NCBI RefSeq assembly: GCF_001194135.2
Contig: NC_068988.1
Coordinates: 55,321,231 to 55,385,127 of the forward strand
Reading direction: 5' to 3'
Source: Octopus bimaculoides
Lineage: Eukaryota
Length of the DNA: 63,897 bases
Positions within the stretch are counted from its first letter, which is position 1; each line of letters opens with the position of its first letter. Positions 1 to 13,414 of the stretch are shown one piece after another. The notes beneath the pieces were generated by a model, which saw only the letters and a program-made list of their open reading frames with translations, had not been told where the DNA came from and did no database searches. Made by a program: the position numbers and the translations under genes.

Positions 1-325
1 CTGGTTGACATTAACACCCCCACCCCCAATAGGGGCCTTCATTCCCACATTTTAGAGCTCCATGAGCTCCATTTTGCAGGAGCAAAATCTTTTTTACAGG
101 TTCCAGAAGACTGAAATTTTGGAATATGCGCATAAAGATCAATAGTATGGGATACATGTCTCATGATTAGAATTTTTTTAGGGTGTGTAAAGAGGGAAAG
201 AACCCTCATGTGCAATTTTGATGAAATTCGAATCATATGTATTCCAGTTCCTTACAGAAAATATAACAGAAAAGTCTAATTTTTCAATTGCATGTAACAC
301 GGGCAACGCCGGGTATCTCTGCTAG
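1..325 (+). mobile_element. Non-autonomous Helitron, 3' end
   Basis: Ends ACGGGCAACGCCGGGTATCTCTG-CTAG followed by T: GC-rich subterminal hairpin plus CTAG terminus. Confidence 0.65.
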
Positions 326-1032
326 TTAAAAATAAACCATATCTAATATAAGGAACATCTGATTACTCAGTATTTAATGAATTAGATTTAATGATAAAAC
401 ACCAATAGGAGTGCTGCTAAGTGGATCAGATTTTTTGTCATTGTAACTTTTGTATTTAACTTGAGAACAACTGAGAATTACTTAGAGTGGAAGAGATCAA
501 GAGGTGAATCTTCTTTTATCTAAAATCTATCAGAATTATCTTAACTCAGAGTACAAAGATCTTTGAAATATGGTAATCATAATTTTGTCTATCGTCACTG
601 TTTTATATAGCATTTTAGATTTTTTTGGTGTTGTTCATATATTATTTTGATTGGGCTGTCTGTTAAACTTGGTTGTACATTCATGGATAAAAAAAAAAAG
701 GAAAAGAAATCAAAGACCAGTTTCTGTTGAAATATTTATTTTGTCTTCATTTTTTTTAAATATTTCCCGCTATCACCCAGATGGTATTACCTTACTAAAA
801 AGGAAGTTGTGAGTGGGTTAAGTTATTTGATAGAGAGAACAACTAATATACCAAAACTACATAGTGTATTCATAAGAGTATTGTGTGATTTTTAGGCTTC
901 TCTTGCTGTTTTTGATTATTTAGTTGTGATTAACTGGTCTGTGATGCTTCTATTGGTGTTATGTTAAAATGTGTTTGTTATTCCAGTGATTTAAATAGAA
1001 GTGAACTCTCTCTGTGTGTGAGTGTGTGTGTG

Positions 1033-1075
<43 letters not shown>

Positions 1076-1336
1076 ACATGCAAGCAACCCAATATTGAGT
1101 GTTTTCAATTTTCATTAATTAGTCAAATGATTAGAGTTAGAACTTGGGACATGTGGTTCCGCAACTGCAAGCAAAATTCTTCTGTTTGGTGGAGAAGAAT
1201 TAAGTTGTTGCTGTTGTTAGCCTTGATCAAACAGAACTGTGACTAAAAGCATTCCATCTGTGACCATCCTATTTAAAAAGAATTTTTCTGGAATGCAGAA
1301 AACTCAAGGCTTCATTATCCAAAGTATTCTTTTCCC

Positions 1337-1563
1337 AACCCTTTTGTTACCATATTTCTGTTGAAATAGACTGCTTTTATTTTAATAATTCATTAATATT
1401 ATGAAGAATTCAGTAAAATAGTTTTGTCATTAATAAGCTGGTGTTTGAAACATAAATTAACACAAAATATTGATGGGAACTTTTTAATTTGGTTCACCTT
1501 AAAACGGGAAGTTTCTATCAAAGAACGAGGTTAGGTTTCAGGTCGGTTGGTAACAAAAGGGTT
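1337..1563. mobile_element. piggyBac-like MITE
   Basis: Perfect 15-bp TIR AACCCTTTTGTTACC / GGTAACAAAAGGGTT. Confidence 0.7.
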
Positions 1564-2114
1564 CAGACAGTAGGATGTGATTTGAGAGAGATTTGGTTGG
1601 TATTTCTTGCAACTATATCAAGGCTCTTTCATTGATACAAGAAATATTTATTGGCTGTGTTTCACTACTCAGACAGCCTATATATAAATACTATTACTGT
1701 TGTATTGTGTGTGTGATGAGCTCTGTATTACATCTGTGACCTGTAATGTGTAGTGCTTTTCTATTTCTCAGTAGTATATAATGTGTTATCGTTATTGTCT
1801 ACAGTGTATCTGATTAGATGTATAATGTACACACCTGTCTGTTGTAAGCATGTGTATGTGTATGGTGTCATAGGGCTAACATGCAGAATGCAAATGTTGG
1901 TCATCTAATTCTTGGCAGTAAATAAAGGCCTTTTGATTGGGGAACAACAGTATCAGTGTATGTATGCACATGTTTGTGGAGGGAGAAAGACGGAGGTGAG
2001 GGTTAGAGAAAAACAAATGGTGTGTGTGTTCGTTTGTATGTGTGAGTGAGGCTGCTATGATGCAAAGATAATTTCTCAGTCAATCAAATACACATTTTAT
2101 CTCGCTTTCTTCAG

Positions 2115-2208
2115 CTGGAAGATTCTAAACGTGAATATGGAAAAAATAACGAGCAACTTCAAAACGAGAAAGATGATTTAATAAATAAAATGAATAAAAT
2201 GGCTGATG
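2115..2208 (+). CDS. ROCK: ROCK exon, coiled coil ([31 protein letters not shown])
   Basis: ttcttcAG acceptor and G|GTAAGT donor; the phase-1 end joins AT at 5005 to give Asp. Confidence 0.85.
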
Positions 2209-4124
2209 GTAAGTTTAAAATTCTTTTCTTTCCTCACCTGTTCCCCAACATGAAAAAATACTTGGCCAGGAACCAGTATCAGAATGATGGCAACATCATA
2301 TCTGCTGTTGATGACATCCTGTAGTCTAAATCCCTCTATCACCCAACCTGCAATCTGAATCCCTTTATTACACAACTTGTAGTCTAAATCACTTTATCAC
2401 TCATTCTACAGTCTCAATCAGTGTCTCTTAACCCTTTTTTTTTACCTGTACACCCCTTTGATTCCCATTTTACTTGGATGGACCCTCCTAACCATTTGGT
2501 TTTGTAAAAATTCCTATTATATTTTTATAATTAAATATTATTAAGAATTGTATAAAAAAATTTTATATGATGCAGCACGGAATTTTGTCAGTGATCAAGT
2601 CATGGTCTCAAAGTGACGAAAATATTTTGGCAAATTAAATTTAAATGTTGAAGTGAATCGAACGGTTTTTGTGTGTTTTTAAACAGTTTATAAACACATT
2701 CCATGCTGCAGTTGTTTTTGTTTCAGCACATGATCTCAGATCAGGTCACTTGCTATGCAAGTACATTTCTGTAATATAAAACATTTGTTGTAGTATTCTG
2801 TGTATTGTAGAAGTACAACCAATTCATTGCACATAATTTTTAACAACAAAATCTTGTACGGACCCCCACCCATATGGATTCTGGTTGAGAACCTCTGCTC
2901 TAAATCCTTCCATCACTAGACCTGCAGTCTAAATCCTTCCATCACTAATCCTGCAGTCTAAATCCTTCTATGACAGCGTGTAAGCGCCCTGAGAGAAAAG
3001 TTAGACATAAGAAGCATCAGTTGTGGTGTGCAGAGAGATGAGTACGCTGGTGTGGTCATGTGATGCATATGGATGAGGACAGCTGTGTGAAGAAGTGTCA
3101 CACCCTAACAGTGGAAGGAACCTGAGGAAAAGGTAGACCCAGGAAGACATGGGACGAGGCAGTGAAACACGACCTTCAAACATTGGACCTCACAGAGGCA
3201 ATGACAAGTGACCGAGACCTTTGGAGATATGCTATGCTTGAGAAGACCTGACAAGCCAAGTGAGACCGTAGCCGTGGCCTATGCCAGTGTTGCATAACTG
3301 GCCCATTTAAAAGCTCCCTCCAATCATTGGGCAATATGCTATGCTGTTGTTGAAAGGAGTGAAATTGTAATCGTGGCCAATGCCACCTAACTGGCATCCA
3401 TGCATGTGGCACATAAAAAGCACCATTCAAGCATGGCTGATGCCAGTGCACCTAAATGGCATCCATGCAAGTTACATGTAAAAAGCACCATTCAAGCATG
3501 GCTGATGCCAGTGCACCTGACTGGCATCTATGCAGGTGGCACATAAAAAGTACCATTTGAGTGTGGCTGATGCCAGTGCCGCCTGACTGGCTCCTGTGTT
3601 GGTGACATGTAAAAAGCACCATTTGAACGTGGCTGATGCCAGGGTTGCCTGACTGACACTCATGCTGGTTGCATGTAAAAAGCACCATTCAAGCGTGGCT
3701 GATGCCAGTGTCACATGACTGGCTCCTGCGCTAGTGACATGTAAAAGCACCCACTACACACTCGGAGTGGTTGGTGTTAGGAAGGGCATCCAGCTGTAGA
3801 AATCTTACCAAATTGGAGCTTGGTGCAGCCTCCGGTCTTGCCAGTTCTCAGTCAAACCATCCAACCTATGCCAGCATGGAAAGCGGATGTTAAACAATGA
3901 TAAGGATGGTGAGTCAATCATGAAGTTAATTAGCTCTTCTCTCTATCAGTATAATTTAATTAGTCAAAATGACTGGTTCACTGCATTATGTATGTTAATG
4001 TCCTCTATACTAATCTTCTTTTGTTTTTCATGTAGCAGGCATTGCACCACTTGGCCATTCTTTGTTAAAGCTTTCAAACACTAGTGCTTTTCCTTCACTG
4101 GGTTACTGATCAACTCTCTCTCTC

Positions 4125-4161
<37 letters not shown>

Positions 4162-5122
4162 TTTCTGTATATTTTACCTATACAGGTCTCTACTCTTTTG
4201 ATCTTATTAATTTTTGCTTTATTTCCACACAAGTTCATTCAACAACCCATTCCCCATTCTCCACCTCCTCATTGTCATCACCACCACCATCATCATCATC
4301 ATCATCTTCATCATTGTACATTTGGTTTTCTGTGCTGGCTTGGGCTGGTGAAGTTGTTAGAGTTCAGATCAGTTCTCATTCAGAGTTGCTACCCTTGCAG
4401 CTGGGTCAGGGGACCACATTTCACTTGCATTTTCCATTTTCTGTGTGGTTTCTATAGCTGGACGTCTCTCATAATATCAGCCACTTTACAGAATGTACTG
4501 GGTGCATTCTCTTGTGGTGCCAATACTGGGGAAGTTGTTTTTGACTCCCCACCCACCCCAACAGAAGTAAAGAGTCTTTCCTCTCTAAATTATGTTTCTC
4601 CATTCATTTGTTCACCAGCACCTGAGGTGCACGGCATAAAGAGAGAGAGACCACCTTCCCAGCATTGTCTTTGTTTATTTGTTTCTTTCCCTTATAACTG
4701 ATTGGAAAGAAGGTCTGAATGGGTGGGTAGTAGAAGTGTAAAAAAAAAAAACCCAAAAAGAATCAGTGATAGGGAAGGGAAGTTGACAGAAGAGAAAGTA
4801 AGGGAGGGAGTTATGATAGACAGCTACATGAGAGTTGTTGATAAGGAGATTGGATAGAAGTAACATGATTGGTATGATGATGGAGGAAGGGCTACAGAGA
4901 AGAAGGAGACGGAATGAAAGAAGGGGAAGTACTGGAAGTGAGTGGGAGAGATGAGCATATTTATCTTGTTTTCTTACTTTTATTTCTTTTTCTGTTTTGA
5001 TTAGATTTGAAAAATGAGAAATCTGAGAATAATATTAGTGAAATCGAGCAGTTGAGGAAGTTGTTGCAGGATGAGAGACTGAAGAAGATACAGGTAGGTG
5101 GTATATATATTGTGCGCGTGCA

Positions 5123-5162
<40 letters not shown>

Positions 5163-8100
5163 CTTTTTGACAGTTTAATCACTACTGCTATGTTCATATT
5201 GTTTGACATTTCTTTTAGCTAGAATTCCTATTTGAAAGCTTATGACAAACACACAACACACACACACACACACACACACACACTTATCTTATTTACAAAC
5301 CTTATCAACTAATGTTTACTAACACTGACCATCATTAATGATATCACTTGGGTTTTATTTTTTTTTTTTAATTCCTTCTATCAGAAAGTTGATTTCTGTT
5401 TAATTATTTTGATCAAAATTTTCTACATATTCTTTGCTCCCACATTACAACTAACATCCTCCTCGAACATTGTCTGATATTAGAAGCCAATGATTTTAAT
5501 TATCTGGAGAGCCTTGCATCAAAGTTATTTTTGTCATCATCTTCAGTAATTTCATATAATTGGATGGTCGAATCCACTGTTTACACAATTTATGTAAACA
5601 AGATAAAATTTTATGGTCAGTTTTTAAATGATCTTTTCATTTTATGAGAGGATGGATGGGCCAAAGTCAGTTGAGCCCTGCATAAGTAGCTAAAAGATTA
5701 AGGGGTTTGTATACAATTTGTAATGAAGGTGCCTACATCTTATAGGTCTGAGGCCACAGCTCTAGTAGATACCATTGATCTTGTAGCTAACCTTTGTAAC
5801 CAATTCAGTATTGAATGATATTAGGGGAGAAAACTGTTAATTGACAAACATCCTATCCAGAGAAACATATTTCATTTGCTTAATGCCATGAAAATAGAGA
5901 TAACTATTGGCCTTGTATTTGATCTCTTTATAGATCCTGGAAAAAAAAATTAGCTTGGCCAATTTTTGTTTACAGGGTCAACTGATCTAAAATAACTTAT
6001 GTAATTCAGATATACTTCTCTCTTTATATTTCATTGCTCAAATGAAAGAATTTACTTATTTACAGGCTGTGTGGTTAAGAAGCTTGCATGGCAACCACAT
6101 ACCCTTGGGTTCAATCCCACTGTGTGATACCTTGGGCAAATGTTTTTTGCTATAGCTCCATGACAACCAATACCCTGTGAGTGAATTTGGTTGATGGAAA
6201 CTGTGTGGAAGCCCATCACACACACACATGTGAGAATGTGTCTGTGTTTGTGTTGGTTTGTTTACATCCTTGTTAACAAAGAGACTGATAGTATAAGTAA
6301 AACTGGCATTCCGTTGGTTGAGTTCCAGTTGATCCGATCAATGGAACAGTCTGCTCATGAAATTAATAAGCAAGTGGCTAAGCACCCCCCCCCCCAAAAA
6401 AAAAAAAACACATATACCTTTAACATAGTTCTCAGGGAGAGTTAGCATGACACAAAATATGACAAGGCCGGCCCTTTGAATTACAGGTACTACCCATTTT
6501 TGCCAGTCGAGTAGACTGGAGTAACATGAAATAAAGTGTCTTGCTCAAGGACACAACATGCCACTGGGAATTGAACTCGTGACCTTAATATCATGAGTTT
6601 GATTACTCTAACCACTAAGACACGTGCCTCTGCAGTTGATGTATTAGGCTAAACTTGTCAAGGTGGTGCCCCAGCATGGCTGCAGTCCTGTGACTGAAAC
6701 AAGTATAGGATATATAATTAGAAGAAAATAGCATAGTCTATCTAATCAGTTAAAATATCATTAAGGCAAACTTTTAACCACTGCTCTCATTATTTTCCCC
6801 TGTGATTAATTTAACTATCTTCCTACTTTCAAAAATGGTGAACCAGTATCTTAATGTACAGTGAACTGATTGCATTAGCCCTTTAGCATTCAGATTATTC
6901 TGTGAAATGTAATACTTATCTACTCATATTATTTTGAATTAGTCATGCATTATCTTGTAGCTTTCAGATTTCAGCAGCGTTACTGTTTATGTTTAGTATG
7001 ACAAAAGTTGGGTAGGTGCAAGAAGCCGGATCTGGCCAGTTTGAACAAAAAACAGAATATTTAGGCCAGATTAAATGCTGAAGAGTTAAACTAAGGCTGG
7101 ATTAAGATTCATTGGGGCCCTAAGCACTTTAAATATTTTGGTGCCCTGTTATAAATGTAATTCAAGTTATAAACAATAATAAATTTTTAGTTTTCAAAAT
7201 GAAAGAAAATGAATAGTGAGATGGAAAATAATGTTTATTTTTGTATACTTCCACTTAAATTTTTATTTGAAATCTTTTCTCCTACTTTTTTTAATTGCAA
7301 AATCTTTGATCAGATCCTCACTATGACACCATTAACACTTCAAAATTATATTTCCAATTATATAAACCACTTTGAATATTATTTTAGCAAGTTTAAAGTG
7401 ATTTCTTTTGTGCCATAAACCATTTACCATTTCTGTGGTGTGCCCCCCCTCCTTCCCCTTGATGCCCTAAGCATGTTCTTATTTTGTTTAGTGGGTTTAA
7501 TGTAGCACTGCTTTAAACTTGTAAGAAATAGCTAATCTTGTTCAGTTTTAATCTCCAATATCAAATATTGTCTTGAAAGCTAACAGTTGTCATTGTTTCC
7601 TCTACCCATCTTTGTGTTTTTATATGTCAGGCTGTGAATAAACTGGCTGAGGTGATGAATAGAAAGGAATTTGCTGACAAAAGCAAGAAACCAACCAATT
7701 CTAATTCAGGAGCCCTTCGGAAACGGGATAAAGAATGCCGTCGTCTTCAGCAGGAATTGACGATGGAGCGAGAGAAATACACTAAAATGGTTGAGAAGTT
7801 TCAGAGAGATATTTCTGAAATGGTTACCCAAATGAATGATGAGATGCAGGCAAAGGCAAAGCTCCAGATGGAGTTGGATGCCAAAGACAGTGAGATAGAA
7901 CAGTTGCAACAGAAGCTCGCTAACCCCGACAACACTTCAGTAAATAGCGGTAGTGTTGAGGAGTTTGGAGCTGAGGATGGTCTCACAGGTTAGTATCTCA
8001 TGTGCTTATCTGTGTGTGTGTGTGTATGTGTGTGTGTGTGTGTGCGTGTGCGTGCATATGTGTGTGTATGATGATGATGATGATATATATATATATATAT

Positions 8101-9502
8101 ATATATATAAATCTGCAACACTAACTTCAGGAAGCCAGACAGCCACCTGATAACATATCAATCAGGTGACTCTGCTAGCTAGATTGATTTCATCCTCACC
8201 AGACAGTGGGACGCAGAGTTGCTCTTAAATACAAAGACCCTCCCTGGTGAAGAATGTATCCCCCAGCATAGACTAGTCATTAGTGACTTTAGACTTGAGG
8301 CCAGAAAGATGCCAAGAAGCAGACCAATCCAGAAAAGAAGGATTTGGAAGCTAAAGAACCCTTCACATGGTCAGAGATTTAGGGACATCCTCATCAAGAA
8401 ATTTGATGAGAGGGAGGAGGAGCTACAGACCTCGGACATAGAAAGTAGTTGGAAATTCCTATGGGACAACTTACTGAGTGCCACAGACCAAGTCTGCGGA
8501 TGGTGCAAAGTCCCTTTCAAACCTAGAGTAACATGGTTGTGGAATAATATGGTAGACAAAGCCATTAGAGCAAAGAAACAAGCCTGGAAAGCCTAGAAGG
8601 GTGGGTGTAGCAGGGAACTGTACCAGATAGCCAGAAGGGAGGCTGGGCGACAGGTATACATAGCCAAGGGCAAAGCAGAAAGGAAAAAGTTTGCCAATGT
8701 ATACTGTATCTTCGTTAAGCTTCCTGAACAGGTAATACTTTCCTGTACTGAGGTCTAAGGTTACGTCCAAGAAATCGACTGTAGTCAGGTTAGTGGTAAC
8801 CATTATGGACTGGCTGAACTTAAATATTTTTATTTAAAAAAAACAAAAACTTCCTAAACCTGTCCATGGTGTGGCCGTCATCCCTGTAGAGGGCCGACCT
8901 ATGTGGGTGGGTATGTCTCTTGAAGGTATCCAAGTTGTATAACCCAACAAGGTCAGCGATTTCAGCCCCGTCAAAGCCCCCCATTGAGACATTGAACAAT
9001 AGGTTGCCTTCTCTTTTCACCCAGAAGGAATCGTTGTGGGCCAGAGTTGACTTTCTGACATTCATGATGATTCTGATGCCAAGGCCACTAATGCTGGTGT
9101 ATTGCTCAGCAAAAGTTTGGGTTTTCAGAAGGCAAAGGATACTGGCATATGTCTCTCTCAAACACACACATGCACGTGACTGACTTCTTTCAGTTTCTGT
9201 CTATCAGATCCACTTGTTAGGCTTTGGTTGACCTGGGGCTATAGTTGAAGACACTTGGTGAAGGTGCCATGCAGTGATACTGAACTTAGAACCATGTGGC
9301 CAGGAATCAAACTTCTTACCAGTCAACCACAATGCTCCTCTACACACATGAGTGACCGATTTGTCATAATAGCAGGGAGGTCCTAAAACCATTATGTGTT
9401 TTTCTTGTACATGCTGGGCTTTGCTCTTGCACCCAGTTTTCTCTGATCAAACATTCCCCACATGAGGATGATATATAAATAAAAGAGAGAGGTACTATAT
9501 AT

Positions 9503-9536
<34 letters not shown>

Positions 9537-12500
9537 GTATCTCCCTCACACATTCACACTTCATAAATCTCTCATTCTTGTCTGTCAGTTTCTCCTTATT
9601 TTTACTCTTGCATATAACTATAACTTAGTGTGTATGTTTATATCTGTTTTAGTAAATAATGCAATGTCTTATTGGTTGTTTCTCTTTCCCATCTTTCAGA
9701 CAATGTGATGGAAGGTCGGTTGGCAATCCCGCACAAACCTAGTACCAAGAAATTAATTTGGAAAAAACAGTTTGTGGTTGCGAGTAGCAGAAAAATTCTT
9801 TTCTATAACACACCGAATGATAAACAGAATTCTGATCCTGTCATGGTTTTAGATATTGAGTAAGTAATTTTTCCTTTATCCCAAACATTAAGTTAGCAAT
9901 TTTATCATTATCAGTATCAAATACAGATGCAGCGATCTCACAGAAACATTAGCATGCTGAGCAAAATGCTTAGCAGTATTTCGTCTGTCTTTACCTTCTG
10001 AGTTCAATTTCTGCTGAGGTCGACTTTGCCTTTCATCGTTTCAGGGTTGATAAATTAAGTACCAGTTGCGTACTGAGGTCGATCTAATCAACTGGCCCCC
10101 TCCCCCAAAATTTTGGGCCTTGTGTCTTAAGTAGAAAAGAGTTTTATTATTATCCTCATCATTTAGCGTATGCTTTCCATGCCGCCTATATTTAGTATAA
10201 GTTTCCGAGTTATCTATTCTCAATCCTGGATACTGGGTAACTAAGCCAATACTAATCTCAGATACTGGTTAATTAGATCAATATTAATCTTAGTTATTAT
10301 GTAATTTAACTATTCCCCCCCCACACACACACACATGACAGAAGTAAATATACCCCTTATATTCATTAGAATTTATTTAAATCTGAAATTGCACATTGAA
10401 ATTATTTGTTAATTGTTATAATGTGAATATTTAATATTTAATAGACATGCCCTTTGCATTTTTCTTAGGCATGTTTCTGATCAGATGATGAATATTCTCT
10501 TGCAGAATTTCTTGCCAAGTTTCATGCAGTAATCTCAAAAGAACTGGCTTTGAAGATACTTTCTTGTTCTTTTTATGGAGTTTCCTGTTCATTATGTCCC
10601 AGAGGTGTTCAATAGAGTTCATATCTGGTGACTGGCTTGGCCATGGAAACTTTTTAATGTTGTTCTCATTCAACAAATCTTGGGGTCATTTTAGCTGTGT
10701 GACAAGGAGCCCCATCTTCCATAAAGAGTCTTCTTTAATCATTTCACCACTGGAGAAGAATAGAAGGAGTCCTTTCAGTTGTATGGACACATATTTATCT
10801 GAGTTTATGTTATCCTCACACTCCACCAGCTCTGATCAACCATTGCTCCAAATTGCTCCCCAGACCATTACAGAAGAGCTGCTGTGTTTCATTGTTGGCT
10901 GCAATCTTTTCACATCAAATTCTTGATCACAGAGTCTCCAGACCCTCACTCACCCACTATCAGGAAATACAGCAAATCTGGAATCATCAGAGAATATGAC
11001 AGTGTCCCAAAATGCTAGTGGCCTCTCCACCATCTCACTGGCCCAATCTTTTCTCTGCTTGACGTTGGCTGGTTGAAGAAATGGCTTTCTTCTTGCTGCT
11101 CTGCCATAGTAACCAAGTTTGTGGAGATAACTGACAACTGTTCTGGGACTGGCATCAACTTGTTCTGCTATAATCCTTGCAATGAGGATTATCCTCTACA
11201 CTTCTCTTAACAAAGAGAAGTGTCCTATCAGAGAGCCCTGGCTGATCTGGGCGAGGTGATGTGGACTCCTTCTCCTATTTGATGAATAGCACAATCACTC
11301 TATTAACTGTAGAAAGCAGGATTCGAAGGTTTTCTGCAATTTTATGCTATGTCCACCTTCAGAATGACCCATAATATAGCCTCTTTGAAATTGAGAGAGT
11401 TCCAAGGCTTCTTCTGTATATGGCATGATTAAACACTCACATATAGAACCTGAAACAAAAATGTCAATCAATAAAAAATATAAACCATTACAAGTTAGAA
11501 TGAACATAAAATGTTTTATGGGTCTCTATTTACTTCTGTCATGTCTGTGCACACACACATGCATGCACACGCACATATACGCACACACATAAACACATAT
11601 ATGTATAAACAGGAGAGAGAGACTTGTAACATTCATCAGGGTTATCAATATGGATGAATAATATCCAGAAAAATTAATCAACTGATCACATTGGAGTTAT
11701 CCCCCTTACCTGTTTTTTTTTTTTTTTTTTTTCCCAGTTTTAACACATCTAGGAGGAGATTTTGTTTAATACTTGCGTAGAAAATCACATTTCATCAAAG
11801 ATTTTCAACACAATGTACGGCATATGCTGCATTTCCATAGATTTAGATTATATCATTTAATTAGAAATTCTGTGTTGTTCAAGGCTGTGGTTACAGAAGC
11901 AAACAACTATGAAAAGTGAAATATTACTAAGCACAGATATTCTATCAATAATCAGCAACAGCTTAGTTTACTGTCCAACCCATTACACCAAATACAAAAT
12001 ACAGCAATTATGTTTAAAAAGAAAATGAATACAAAGAAAGGAAAAAAACAAAAAAAAAACGATAATATATTGAAACAGCTGGAATTATTACTTCAGTCTT
12101 AATTTTCTTCAGCATCTTTGAAAGGTCATAGCTATCTCAATTAGAATACTGCAGTTTATATCCTTGAACTTCTTTGTCTGACCTTTGTCTTAGTTGAGGA
12201 TGTGAGCAATTTAAGAGGGAACTTCTGTTTCTAGCTGACAGTTCTCTTGAAATGTTTCCAGACATTCCTATCAGTTTCTGCTTTGCATATTTACTTCAGT
12301 GCAGTGTGCATGTGTCTGTGCACACTAGTATAAGTAATTATATATATATATATACATACATATATAGTAATTATATATAGATATACATATGTATATATAT
12401 ACACATATGAAAGCGAAATCGTGATGGCACCTGTACCAGTGGAGTGCTAAGAGCACCGTTCAAGCGTGATCGTTACCAGCGTCACCTTCCTGGCACTTGT

Positions 12501-13381
12501 GCCAGTGGCACGTGAAAAGTCATTCGAGCGAGATCGTTGCCAGTGCCGCTGGACTGTGCAGGTGGCACGTAAAATACACCATTTTGAGCGTGGCTGTTGC
12601 CAGTACCACCTGACTGTCCTTCGTGCCGGTGGCTCGTAAAAGCACCCACTACACTCTCGGAGTGGTTAGCGTTAAGAAGGGTATCCAGCTGTAGAAACTC
12701 TGCCAGATCAGATTGGAGCCTGGTGTAGCCATCTGGTTCACCAGTCCTCAGTCAAATCGTCCAACCCATGCTAGCATGGAAAGCGGACTTTAAATGATGA
12801 TGGTGATACATAAAAATGATAATTATATATGTATATAATTATATTAAGGTTGCAAGGGAAAAAAAAACAAAAAAAACGAACCTATCTCCAACATGCTCTC
12901 AGATACTACCAAAAAGCTCCAAAAATATACATGGATTGTAGTTGGGCGAGTGAAAGGACATTAAAAGGACTTAACGTTAATTGTGAATTGGGTCCAATTT
13001 CTAGATTAAAGCCGTAAAAACAAGCTTTTTTTTTTTGCCCTTGCTCCATTAATATAATTATATACCCATATATATATATAATTATTATCTTAAAGTGTAA
13101 ATTATCTATAAATTTTTATTGCATGCTAACTACCTGATAAAAGTCATTAACATGATTTTATCCTTGTATTCTAGTGTGTGTATATATACACCTTTTTACT
13201 TGTTTCAGTCGACTGTGGTCATGCTGATGCACTACCTTGAGATTTTAGTTGAAAAAAACGATCCCAGCGCTTTTTTTTTTAAGTGTGGTATTTATTCTAT
13301 TGGTCTTTCTTGCTGAACCACTAAGTTACAGGAACATAAACTAACACCAGTTGTCAAGCAGTGGAAACACGTACGCGTGCG

Positions 13382-13414
<33 letters not shown>

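Noticed and set aside
3172-3750. Regular ~65-bp repeats resembling a CRISPR array, with repetitive ORFs
   Set aside because: No unique spacers and no cas genes; it is a minisatellite in an RTE 3' UTR
4084-4701. 205-aa ORF with a His run
   Set aside because: Built from (CT)n and (CAT)n microsatellites in a ROCK intron; no recognisable domain
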